Source of the DNA: Allobaculum fili | GTDB taxonomy: Bacteria; Bacillota_I; Bacilli_A; Erysipelotrichales; Erysipelotrichaceae | NCBI RefSeq assembly: GCF_020969955.1 | Contig: NZ_JAHDSX010000046.1 | Span: 1 to 17,698 of the forward strand | Direction of reading: 5' to 3' | Length of the DNA stretch: 17,698 bases | In this document: positions 1-8,249 of the stretch, piece after piece | Numbering within the stretch: the first letter of the stretch is position 1 | Layout: each line of letters starts with the position of its first letter | Program-made: the position numbers and the translations under genes | Notes under the pieces: generated by a model | What the model was told of the DNA's origin: nothing | The model's input: the letters and a program-made list of their open reading frames with translations, nothing else | The model's database searches: none

Positions 1-156
1 TCCGAAGTATGAAGAAAACGATGAAGAATAAAAAATACGCCAAGCGGGATCTCGAAAGGGATCCCGTTTAGCGTATCTAATATTCAGTCTCGCGTATACC
101 CGTCGATTGTTTGACACTTACGTTTTTTCTCCCGCTGTCCGTGGTTCCGAAAGTTT

Positions 157-209
157 CCACAAAGAAAAGGACCGGCATCTGCTCATGGATGAGCGGATTG
201 CCGGTCCTT
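157..209 (-). terminator. Rho-independent terminator downstream of the GH84 gene
   Basis: An 11-bp GC-rich stem pairs 167-177 with 199-209 (AAGGACCGGCA...TGCCGGTCCTT), and there is an inner GCTCAT/ATGAGC stem. On the minus strand the stem runs straight into TTCTTTGTGG (157-166). It lies about 200 nt after the TAA stop at 410-412. Confidence 0.6.
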
Positions 210-409
210 ATGCATTTGCAAAATCACTCTGAATCTGCACAGGGCCTGATTTCTGTGCAGTACGTCCTGAAGATTCAATTCTTTGATTCATCTGTCCGGA
301 TTGCCTGCACGGTCTGTACAAACCGAAATTGGTTTTGTGTTTCTTTTTCGGGATTTTCCTGTGTCCTTACGTGCTCTTCAGCACTCTACAGGATCAGGAG
401 CAGCTCCGA

Positions 410-3400
410 TTATTTTGGAAGCTCGCCGAGATGCAGGCGCAGATTGAGAAGCGCCTGGTTGAGCGCTTTTGCGGCTTCGTCGATTTCTTCCTGGCTGTCG
501 TGCTGAGCAAGAACGTCTTCGCCGGCATCGACTGCTTTGGCTAAGGCATCCCAGCCTTTGGCAAAGTCGTCTTCTGTAAGTGTATCGGCTTTAGCGAGTG
601 CGGTTTTCAGCAGGGTGGTATCGAAGAGTTCCGGTACGACTGGAGGCATGATCGTATTTTTGATCAGTTCGTCGGTCGGACGTACAACAACTTCCTGAAT
701 GGCAGCAGCTTCGCCGGCACTGAGGTCGAGACGTACGGCTTTGATTCGTTCGTTGATATCGAAGCTCTTGTTTTCTGCATCGAGCGTTCCAGCTTCTTTC
801 CAGTTTCCGTCATACGTCTGCACGCTGACTTTGGCATTGGACACGCCGCTCTGCAGGATCTGCAGGGTTTTCACGCTGGTGATTGCGGAGAGGTTGTAAA
901 TCACATAGTCGCCCTCTGCCGGGGTTTCTACGGTAAACGCGGTATTGAGGTTGACGTCGCACAGCGATCCGATATTTCCGGCGGTGTTGGTCGAACCAAT
1001 GTTCAGAGCTGTATTGCCGCCGGTCGATCCGCTCTGCTGAACGTCGATTTCATAAACCTGAATCCAGTTGGAATCGTGAGCCTGCGCCGCAACGAAGCGG
1101 ACATAGCGAGCCTTTTTGCCGCCGACTTCAAAGCTGGCCTTAGCCTGAGTGTTTGATCCGCTGGTAACGGATTCGTAGCTGGCTACCGGGAGATCTTCAC
1201 CGACCGTTTCCCAGACAGCGCCGTCTTCTGAAATCTGCAGGCGTGTAGAAGAGAAGCCGTCAATTCCGTTTGCGGCGCCTTTCGGGTTGCCTCCAAACAG
1301 GATGGACGCGGTTCCGACTGGAACTACAGTTCCTAAGTCAACCTGGAAATAGTCGCCGTTTGAAGCCGGAGCGTCGGACCAGTATTTTGTGGACGTATTG
1401 CCATCCACCGCATTGGCTGGTCTGTAGTTTTCATAGTACGAACCGTTGCAGACGTTGGTGGAAGCTGTCATCTGTTCGATCGGTTTGAACATGCCTTCGG
1501 CACTGATCACGAAGTTTTCGAGAACGAGCGGTGTCGTTGATTCGTTCACAATGCGGACATAGGTAACGTCCATGTTATCCATGTCTTCAGTAAAGGTTGT
1601 CCAGTCGCATCCGTTTGGCGAATATTCCAGACGGGTATTTTCCGGAAGTTCTGCAGTGAAGCTGCTGATCTTGGTCAGTTCGCCAAAGGAGAATCCGGCA
1701 TAGCCGCCGTAGCCAAGGGTCGCACTGAAGGTGGCCGATGGCGAACCGGCATCATCAGAAATGGTTCCGGTAATTTCCGGATCCGAAGAAATCAGATGCG
1801 GTTCTACAGATACATTGAGCGCAGAGCGGAATGCGGCCTGCATTTTGGTGCTTACGCTTCTCAGGAACGGCTTAATGAACTTTTCGCAGATTTCTGCGGT
1901 TGTCTTTGTCATGTTTCCGTTGCGATCCATGGAATTCACTTTTAAAGCGTCGACCTCCGTAAGCAGACTGGAAACGGTTGTCTGGGCTGTGGTCATACCT
2001 TCAGCGTTCAGATCGAGAGCAGCCAGGAATCCATCCATGGCAGCCTGTCCAGCCTGTCCAAGCTTTTCGTAGCCGTCCAGATGTACAGAAATATCTCCCA
2101 GAAGGAGTTCGTCGTCCATGCCTTTCAGCTCGACGGCATCGTCTTCCATCTGTTTAAATTCGGCTTTCAGATCCATAACCGCTTCGCGGATTCCTTTGCC
2201 TGAAGCAATAGCTGTGTCAAGAGCCGTTAATTTTGGCTGAAGTTCCTTAGATTCGCCGACTTTAATGTCTTCAAAAGTATGTCCGCTGGTGTTGTCTGCG
2301 AAACGGGCAAATGCAGCGGCATGTTCTTCGCCGGCCACTTCCTTGATGGCGCGCAGCCAGGATTCATGCGACTGGAAACCCGGGGTATTCCAGGAGTAAT
2401 CCGCGCCCTGATACAGGGCAACTTTGGAAGCCTGCGCCTGGTTCATCGGGTTCATATAAAAGCCGGCCAGTCCTGTGACATTCGGATCCACGAGGGAGGC
2501 ATCGAGTTCGCCCATGAGCAGGCGTCCATAGCCCATATCGTTTACTGGATAGTTGAACCAGAAGGCTAACGGCTTATCGTAGCCGACATTGTTTTTTGGG
2601 CCGTTGAAGGAATTGGCTCCGCAAACACCGCCGGTATTCAGACCGGTCCACATCAGGGTAACGTCGTCATCGAGCGTATCCAGGAACGGTTTCAGGTAGG
2701 TCTGCCAGCTCGAGCCCCAGCCGTCGGTATAGCGCTTGGCTACCGTCAGCATGTTTCTTACGTCTGGATGTTTTTCCTTCATGTAGGCATTGACGCGGTT
2801 GATGATCGTCGCCTGTTCGGTACCTTCATTGTTTCCGCCCAGGTCGTCGTAGGAAATACCAAACTGTCTTACGCCAAGGGAATACAGCTGTTCCAGTTTG
2901 GCAATCAGCTTGTTGTAATCCTCGTCACCGCTGTAGTTGAATCCATTGCCTGGATGGACGCACCAGATAAAGTGCAGGTTGTTTTTCTGAGCTTCTTCTA
3001 CGAGCTCATGAATCTGCTGCGCCTGATCTTCTGGATACAGATCTCTCCATCTGTCCTTGTGATACGGGTCATCTTTTGGCGCGTAGATATACGTGTTCAT
3101 CTTGAACTTGGCGGTATCCTGGATGATTTTCTTTCGGTTTGCGAATGTCCATGGGATACCGTAGAAGCCTTCAATGGCTCCGCGCAGCAGCATATCCGGA
3201 TAGTCGGAAATGGAGACTTCCGCGAAGCGGCCGTCTTCTGTGGTCTGCTCAAGGAGCTGACCGAGGGTCAGGACACCGTTATACACACCGTCCTGATCGT
3301 GACCGGTAATGACGATCGTGCCTTTGGAATTCACATCATTATCGGATACCAGAGCATAGCCCTGTTCTTTTGTGGTGCCTTCGAGCGTGCTGTCGCACTC

Positions 3401-3760
3401 GTCGCAATGGTCTGCGTCATCGCTCAGAAGAATTGTTGCATGGTCCGGGGAAACCTGGTCCGTCACCTGATAGGAAACGCCAAGATCGTCAAGAATGGTT
3501 TTCAGACGGTTAAGCGTAACTTCATTCTTTGTGCCGTGGACAACGATATCGACCGTTCCCTGCAGCTTCATGCCTTCCGTTCCGTCATATTCCAGAGACT
3601 GGGGTCTTGGATAGACCGAAACTTCAGCGGGTTCCTGATCCTGCTTCTCTGCAGCTGTATTCGCCAGCACAGAGACTGGACCGCACACCGTACCGGCCGT
3701 AACGCTCAGCGCCGCAAAGGTCGTATACAGTCTGCTCCAGGATTTTTTATTCTTTTTCAT
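410..3760 (-). CDS. Secreted GH84 beta-N-acetylglucosaminidase (NagJ/NagH/O-GlcNAcase-like) with two CBM32 (F5/8 type C) modules and a C-terminal FIVAR module
   Basis: 1116-aa ORF with SD AAAGGA 5 nt before ATG 3760. N-terminal signal peptide (MKKNKKSW...GPVSVLANTAAEK). GH84 hallmarks: VYPRPQSL, EGFYGIPWT, NTYIYAPKDDPYH, WCVHPG and GVRQFGISYDDLGG (DD catalytic pair as in C. perfringens NagJ). Two discoidin-like modules (NAVDGNTSTKYWS...ARYVRF...WIQVYEIDV and DVNLNTAF...AVRLDL...IQEVVV). FIVAR-like C-terminus (DDFAKGWDALAKAVDAGEDVL...AAKALNQALLNL). Stop codon is TAA. Confidence 0.93.
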   Translation of the reverse strand: MKKNKKSWSRLYTTFAALSVTAGTVCGPVSVLANTAAEKQDQEPAEVSVYPRPQSLEYDGTEGMKLQGTVDIVVHGTKNEVTLNRLKTILDDLGVSYQVTDQVSPDHATILLSDDADHCDECDSTLEGTTKEQGYALVSDNDVNSKGTIVITGHDQDGVYNGVLTLGQLLEQTTEDGRFAEVSISDYPDMLLRGAIEGFYGIPWTFANRKKIIQDTAKFKMNTYIYAPKDDPYHKDRWRDLYPEDQAQQIHELVEEAQKNNLHFIWCVHPGNGFNYSGDEDYNKLIAKLEQLYSLGVRQFGISYDDLGGNNEGTEQATIINRVNAYMKEKHPDVRNMLTVAKRYTDGWGSSWQTYLKPFLDTLDDDVTLMWTGLNTGGVCGANSFNGPKNNVGYDKPLAFWFNYPVNDMGYGRLLMGELDASLVDPNVTGLAGFYMNPMNQAQASKVALYQGADYSWNTPGFQSHESWLRAIKEVAGEEHAAAFARFADNTSGHTFEDIKVGESKELQPKLTALDTAIASGKGIREAVMDLKAEFKQMEDDAVELKGMDDELLLGDISVHLDGYEKLGQAGQAAMDGFLAALDLNAEGMTTAQTTVSSLLTEVDALKVNSMDRNGNMTKTTAEICEKFIKPFLRSVSTKMQAAFRSALNVSVEPHLISSDPEITGTISDDAGSPSATFSATLGYGGYAGFSFGELTKISSFTAELPENTRLEYSPNGCDWTTFTEDMDNMDVTYVRIVNESTTPLVLENFVISAEGMFKPIEQMTASTNVCNGSYYENYRPANAVDGNTSTKYWSDAPASNGDYFQVDLGTVVPVGTASILFGGNPKGAANGIDGFSSTRLQISEDGAVWETVGEDLPVASYESVTSGSNTQAKASFEVGGKKARYVRFVAAQAHDSNWIQVYEIDVQQSGSTGGNTALNIGSTNTAGNIGSLCDVNLNTAFTVETPAEGDYVIYNLSAITSVKTLQILQSGVSNAKVSVQTYDGNWKEAGTLDAENKSFDINERIKAVRLDLSAGEAAAIQEVVVRPTDELIKNTIMPPVVPELFDTTLLKTALAKADTLTEDDFAKGWDALAKAVDAGEDVLAQHDSQEEIDEAAKALNQALLNLRLHLGELPK

Positions 3761-3925
3761 TCCAATCCTTTCTTATCCGCGTCCAGATGTTCTTCCGCCT
3801 GCCCTTATTCATGGCGGAAACGCTCTGTCGGCGGATCGCCTTAGACTTGCGTCTTTTCGTACAGAAAAAATGATATTCATCTCGCATTTTCTTTTTGCCC
3901 GTTGCTTCGATCGAACCGAAAATGC

Positions 3926-3965
3926 AAAAAGGCCATAAACGATAGGAAAAGGCCATAAACAATAG
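3926..3965. repeat. Tandem 20-bp direct repeat x2, 166-205 bp upstream of the GH84 start
   Basis: AAAAAGGCCATAAACGATAG (3926-3945) is followed by GAAAAGGCCATAAACAATAG (3946-3965), 18 of 20 positions identical. The 14-nt core AAAAGGCCATAAAC is perfect in both copies. The period is two helical turns. Confidence 0.7.
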
Positions 3966-4404
3966 AAAGAACAGTCCCCAGGACGGCACAACGATCTGCC
4001 CGATCGGCCTGCCTGCTTTCTGTTCCTGTTTTTTCTCTGTATTCGCATTGAGGGAGGGGGATGCGAAAATCGCATTCACGCCGGACGCCCGATGTCCGGT
4101 CTGCCCTTTTGCTTTGCTGTTTCCAGAATTTCCCTTGGGAAAATCTGTCGCTTATCGCTCCCAGAAAATTGGCCCGTCTTTGATACGGCCCCCTTTTCTG
4201 GACTAGAACAGAAGAAATAGATGTTCAGCTTCCCTCAGAGTCCATCTCCAGTCTAACGATTTTCGTTTGCCTTTCCAATACGATCGGGCAAAAAATGTTA
4301 CCCCTTTCAGTCATATATCCAAATCCAAGCATAATAATTATAAACTCGTTGCAATTTTCGATTTACATATTCACAATTCATTCCGCAGCTTTCTTATTTA
4401 TCCG

Positions 4405-4473
4405 GTGTATAGAAACAAACAGGACAGACCACAATTGCTGAAATGAAACTCAGCGTGTTGCAGTCTGTCCTGT
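4405..4473 (-). terminator. Second terminator-like hairpin downstream of the GH63 pseudogene
   Basis: An 11-bp stem pairs 4419-4429 (ACAGGACAGAC) with 4463-4473 (GTCTGTCCTGT). The 33-nt loop can partly pair internally. On the minus strand the stem is followed by TTGTTTCTATAC. Confidence 0.45.
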
Positions 4474-4570
4474 TCAGCAAAACGATTCTTCGAAAATCGC
4501 GGAGAGAATTTCCGTATAATTAAGCCCTGGCTGCTGGCTTTGCGGACTAGGCTGCCAGTTTTGCGTACGC

Positions 4571-4603
4571 GTTTTCTATTGAAAAAGCCCGTCCAGCTTT
4601 CTG
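4571..4603 (-). terminator. Rho-independent terminator of the GH63-like gene
   Basis: On the minus strand, CCCGTTCAG-TCAGAAAG-CTGGACGGG forms a 9-bp stem with one mismatch and is followed by CTTTTTC. It lies about 50 nt after the TAA stop at 4652-4654. Confidence 0.6.
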
Positions 4604-4651
4604 ACTGAACGGGTCAGAGTTACAGAGTTTCATCCGATTTGGAAATTGGGA

Positions 4652-5812
4652 TTATTCGGTCAGACCGTAGAACAGATCCTGATCAAGGTGTTCCCAGTTC
4701 CATCCGGCCTGAATCAGGTAATCGCGTTCTTTATCCGTGCTGGTGTAATGGTGTGCCCCTGCCTGGGTCTTCGCGGATAAGCCTGCGCTCGGGTTGTAAA
4801 GGCGGTGGATGACTACGCTGTGTTCATCATCTGCTTTAGCGGACATGAACTTGACGCCTTCATTTTTCCAGCCCAGTTTTTCGAGTGCTTCGATTTCCTT
4901 CTTGTTGGCGGTGTAGTGGTGTTCACCGGAGTTGCTGTTGTAAAGTCTTACCATTTCAGTGCCTTCTACTGGGGCAATCCAGGCAATGCCTTCTTTATTC
5001 CATCCGATGGAGCCGAGTACATCGTATTCGCGCTTGTCGGCGGTAAAGGGGTGTTCCCCGTTGTTCGGGTTATAAATGCGGTAGATGTTCTGACGCAGAG
5101 AATTCATGGCTTCCTGGAGCGCATCCCTGGCGTTCAGAAGCTCTTCTTCGGTTGTCTTCTTATTGGCAACGGCATCTTTGGCTGCCTTGAGGGCATCGGA
5201 GAGTGCCTGATAGGACTTCTCGGTGTAATTGCTGCTGTTTAAAGCACCGGCTTCTTCAATCAGCTTCTGCAGATCGGTTCTGCCGTCGTATTCCGGAATT
5301 TCGAACTTTTCCTGAGACGTCGTGTTGTTTCCGGTTACCACGTTCTGATACAGCTGGTAGTAAGCGGAAGCGGACCAGGAGAAGTTTTTCGTATGGAGGC
5401 CTTCACCGGTTTCCGGGTTGTAGTTTTCGCGGATGGCGCCATCGGAAAGCAGACCTTCTACGTTTTCAAACAGCTTGCGGGTCATCTGACTGGCTTCACT
5501 TTCGTAGCCGTAGTTCTGCAGAGCTTCGACGCCGAATAATGCCTGGTCCATCCAGACCGGTCCTCTCCAGTATCTGGACGGTGCATATTTGTCGTTGTCC
5601 TTGGAAGCCGTCGGGAACGGAACATTCGTATTGAATTTTCCTGGATCCATCATATTTTCGACAACGTGCGCGGCTTTGTCGGCCGGTGCCAGTTTGGCCC
5701 AGAGAGGAATCCAGCCTTCGGTTCCTTTGCCGCGGTTTACAAGCAGCTTCTTAACGGAGCCGTCTTCGTTAGTCTGCAGATCGTAATAGAATCCGGTTTC
5801 TGCATCATACAT
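4652..5812 (-). CDS. GH63-like glycosidase, C-terminal fragment (second half of the catalytic domain, FIVAR, 3 DUF5648-like repeats)
   Basis: 386-aa ORF. This frame stays open upstream to 5935 and there encodes ...[35 protein letters not shown], which continues the middle fragment once one A is removed from 5912-5917. Stop codon is TAA. Confidence 0.6.
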   Translation of the reverse strand: MYDAETGFYYDLQTNEDGSVKKLLVNRGKGTEGWIPLWAKLAPADKAAHVVENMMDPGKFNTNVPFPTASKDNDKYAPSRYWRGPVWMDQALFGVEALQNYGYESEASQMTRKLFENVEGLLSDGAIRENYNPETGEGLHTKNFSWSASAYYQLYQNVVTGNNTTSQEKFEIPEYDGRTDLQKLIEEAGALNSSNYTEKSYQALSDALKAAKDAVANKKTTEEELLNARDALQEAMNSLRQNIYRIYNPNNGEHPFTADKREYDVLGSIGWNKEGIAWIAPVEGTEMVRLYNSNSGEHHYTANKKEIEALEKLGWKNEGVKFMSAKADDEHSVVIHRLYNPSAGLSAKTQAGAHHYTSTDKERDYLIQAGWNWEHLDQDLFYGLTE

Positions 5813-5888
5813 TTTGGTATTGATGTAATCGCCAAGTTCTCTGGCTTCTTTTTCGTAAACTTCCGCATCCTGCGTATAGCCGATTTCA

Positions 5889-6668
<780 letters not shown>

Positions 6669-7721
6669 TCAGTTGGTAGTCAGCGTTTCAATGCATTTTA
6701 CAGCTGCGCGCTTGTAGGGGGTTGTTGCATTGTTTCCGTTTTTGAAGATGGTATCGACATAGCCCTGCCAGCGATCCGTGTTGGCTTCGAAGGCAGCGTC
6801 CGGATTGGAAAGGAACGTATGACTCTGCGCTTTCTGTTCGGTTCTTTCTTCATCGGTAAATGTCCAGGACTGTGTCTGGTTAACTGTGTAGGACTGGCCG
6901 GCAGGAATAGTAACCGGTTCTTCCTTTGTAATGGTGTAGGAAAGCTGATCGTCAGAAACGGTAACATCGAGATCCTTCTGGTCGAGAACAATGTCGAAGG
7001 AGTTTTCGCTGGTCGTCATGTAGTTCCAGGTGCTTCGAATATCCTGGAAGTTCACTTTGACGCCGTCTTTCTCAGCAGAGAGGGTTGCACCTGTCTTGCA
7101 GTTGGGGTTATTCGCATACTGCCACCAGGAGAAAATGTGACCATCCCAGGACAGTTTCAGTTTCAGATCGTTTTCCGAATGGTTCTGGATTTCCGCTTTG
7201 ATCAGTGCGGTTCGGTTGTTCGCAAAAATCAGATTCCGAACGAGGGAAAGATCTTCACTGATTTTGTAAACCTGTTCCAGACGCCCTGGATAATAGGCGG
7301 TTTCTGGCTGAATCTTGCTCAGATCAATATTCGTCACGGTATTGTTCTGATCGACAAGAGCAAGATCGATCTTGTTGATCGAGTCGGACAGATTGACCGG
7401 ATACTCTTCGGCAACAATGACCGGTCCGGCAAATCCTCCGTGGGTCTGGGTGGCTTCTTTGTTGGGGAGATAGTAGCCGTTCCATGCCCCCTGGTCCGAA
7501 AAGTTGTTAAACCAGTTGGTGCTGTAAGAGCCATAAATCACTTCGGTCGGATTGGCATGGATGTCCAGCACGTCTTTGAAATCAGTCAGGGGCTGACTGT
7601 AGTCAGAACTGTTCTCCTGAGCAAAAACAGTCTGGAGCCGTGCGACCTGTACGCCGAAGCAGGCCATAGCGCCTGCCAGCACAGCGGACAGGCAGCGTTT
7701 CACAGTGTGTCTGTAGTTCAT
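6669..7721 (-). CDS. GH63-like glycosidase, N-terminal fragment (signal peptide plus beta-sandwich domain); ends at the internal TGA
   Basis: 350-aa ORF. It is in the same reading frame as ORF 5889..6623 (7721 and 6623 are both 2 mod 3), and only the TGA at 6669-6671 separates the two. Confidence 0.7.
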   Translation of the reverse strand: MNYRHTVKRCLSAVLAGAMACFGVQVARLQTVFAQENSSDYSQPLTDFKDVLDIHANPTEVIYGSYSTNWFNNFSDQGAWNGYYLPNKEATQTHGGFAGPVIVAEEYPVNLSDSINKIDLALVDQNNTVTNIDLSKIQPETAYYPGRLEQVYKISEDLSLVRNLIFANNRTALIKAEIQNHSENDLKLKLSWDGHIFSWWQYANNPNCKTGATLSAEKDGVKVNFQDIRSTWNYMTTSENSFDIVLDQKDLDVTVSDDQLSYTITKEEPVTIPAGQSYTVNQTQSWTFTDEERTEQKAQSHTFLSNPDAAFEANTDRWQGYVDTIFKNGNNATTPYKRAAVKCIETLTTN

Positions 7722-7846
7722 GTGTTTTTCCTTTCTTTCACTCTCTTTGAAAAGGCATTCCTAATCAAATATATTTTCGGCAGATATGTAATCCCTTTCC
7801 ATTCGAATCTATACTTCCGTCCGTAGACATTTTCGTCAACCTGTGT

Positions 7847-7875
7847 TTGATGAATGTTATCTTTGTCAATTTAAT
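7847..7875 (+). promoter_or_regulatory. Sigma-70-like promoter candidate on the plus strand (TTGATG-17-TTTAAT)
   Basis: The -35 element TTGATG (7847-7852) matches TTGACA at 4 of 6 positions. A 17-nt spacer follows, then the -10 element TTTAAT (7870-7875), which matches TATAAT at 5 of 6. It points away from the GH63 gene and into a region with no annotated plus-strand gene. This is a pattern match only. Confidence 0.3.
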
Positions 7876-8203
7876 GCGGTAACGAATTTTAAAGCTAGTC
7901 GAATCTGGTCAGAAAAGTTTGCTTTTTCCGGGATTGTTTACTTTGAAAGGTGCAAGATCCCCACAGCATCCGCATTCTCCCGCAAGCAATTCTCCGGCCA
8001 GAAAGAGCCGAATTTCTTTTCCTGAAACGATTCGTTTGAAAAAAAGTCCAGCCGCACGCCAGAGTTCTGAATGGCGCAATTGTTCCATTAAAACAGATTG
8101 CGGTCCGATGCGAAAACGCATTCTTTTTCTGGACTGCGGCAGTCGATCTGGGTTCCAATGGTCGGAAGCCCAATCCGTTTTGCTTCCTGATTTTTCCAGA
8201 CGA

Positions 8204-8249
8204 AAAAGACGCAGTGCAAGGACTGTAAATCCTTAACACTGCGTCTTTT
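8204..8249 (-). terminator. Bidirectional rho-independent terminator after the degenerate ADH gene
   Basis: A 13-bp stem pairs 8204-8216 (AAAAGACGCAGTG) with 8237-8249 (CACTGCGTCTTTT), with an inner AAGGA/TCCTT stem. There is an A-run on the left and a T-rich tail on the right (TTTTCGCTATTTCTTTTC). On the minus strand the stem ends in T5. It lies 50 nt after the TAG stop at 8299-8301. Confidence 0.7.

Noticed and set aside
1-66. A possible 3' end of a plus-strand CDS (..PKYEENDEE* with the stop at 29-31), plus the hairpin CGGGATC-N8-GATCCCG (45-66).
   Set aside because: Only 9 codons are visible, so coding cannot be supported. The hairpin has just TTT after it on the plus strand, and its T-run is displaced by 9 nt on the minus strand. 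It is too weak to call.
330-412. A degenerate LPXTG sorting signal just past the GH84 stop (..GELPK*SELLLIL*).
   Set aside because: Read-through gives LPK-stop-SE, then a 5-residue hydrophobic stretch and a second stop, followed by an acidic tail. This has neither the TG dipeptide, nor a roughly 20-residue hydrophobic segment, nor a basic tail. The other frames are no better.
3747-4079. ORFs of 110 aa and 88 aa upstream of GH84 and overlapping its start.
   Set aside because: The 110-aa ORF starts at a GTG with no SD. The tail is strongly basic and low in complexity (KKKMRDEY..KRRKSKAIRRQ..GRRKNIWTRIRK). Two overlapping frames are open only because the segment is TA-poor. There are no recognisable motifs.
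4061-4183. A 40-aa plus-strand ORF directly after GGGAGGGGG (MRKSHSRRTPDVRSALLLCCF...).
   Set aside because: The SD-to-ATG spacing is only about 3 nt. The ORF reads through two hairpins. The peptide has no clear signal, transmembrane or toxin-like pattern, and there is no promoter upstream.
4480-4570. c-di-GMP-I (GEMM)-like riboswitch on the minus strand (ACGCAAAAC...CCGCAAAGCCAGC) followed by the hairpin at 4419-4473.
   Set aside because: Only the short CGCAAAGCC-like string resembles the consensus. I could not build the P1/P2 helices or the tetraloop-receptor arrangement. There is no room for a promoter after the preceding terminator, and the nearest downstream gene start is about 700 nt away.
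6669-6671. The in-frame TGA of the GH63 gene as selenocysteine, or as a sense codon (genetic code 4 or 25).
   Set aside because: The BdhA-like gene ends with TGA at the position where the family normally ends. No other in-frame TGA occurs in about 4500 codons of the window. GH63 enzymes are not selenoproteins, and I see no SECIS-like hairpin at the right distance. A TGG-to-TGA nonsense change or a base-call error is simpler.
8023-8039. TGAAACG-ATT-CGTTTGA, a near-palindrome, as a LacI-family or cre operator upstream of GH63.
   Set aside because: The central CG is off by one position relative to the cre consensus, and the 3-bp odd spacer is atypical for LacI-family operators. The site lies about 300 bp from the gene start. 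I noted it but it is not supportable without a position weight matrix scan.
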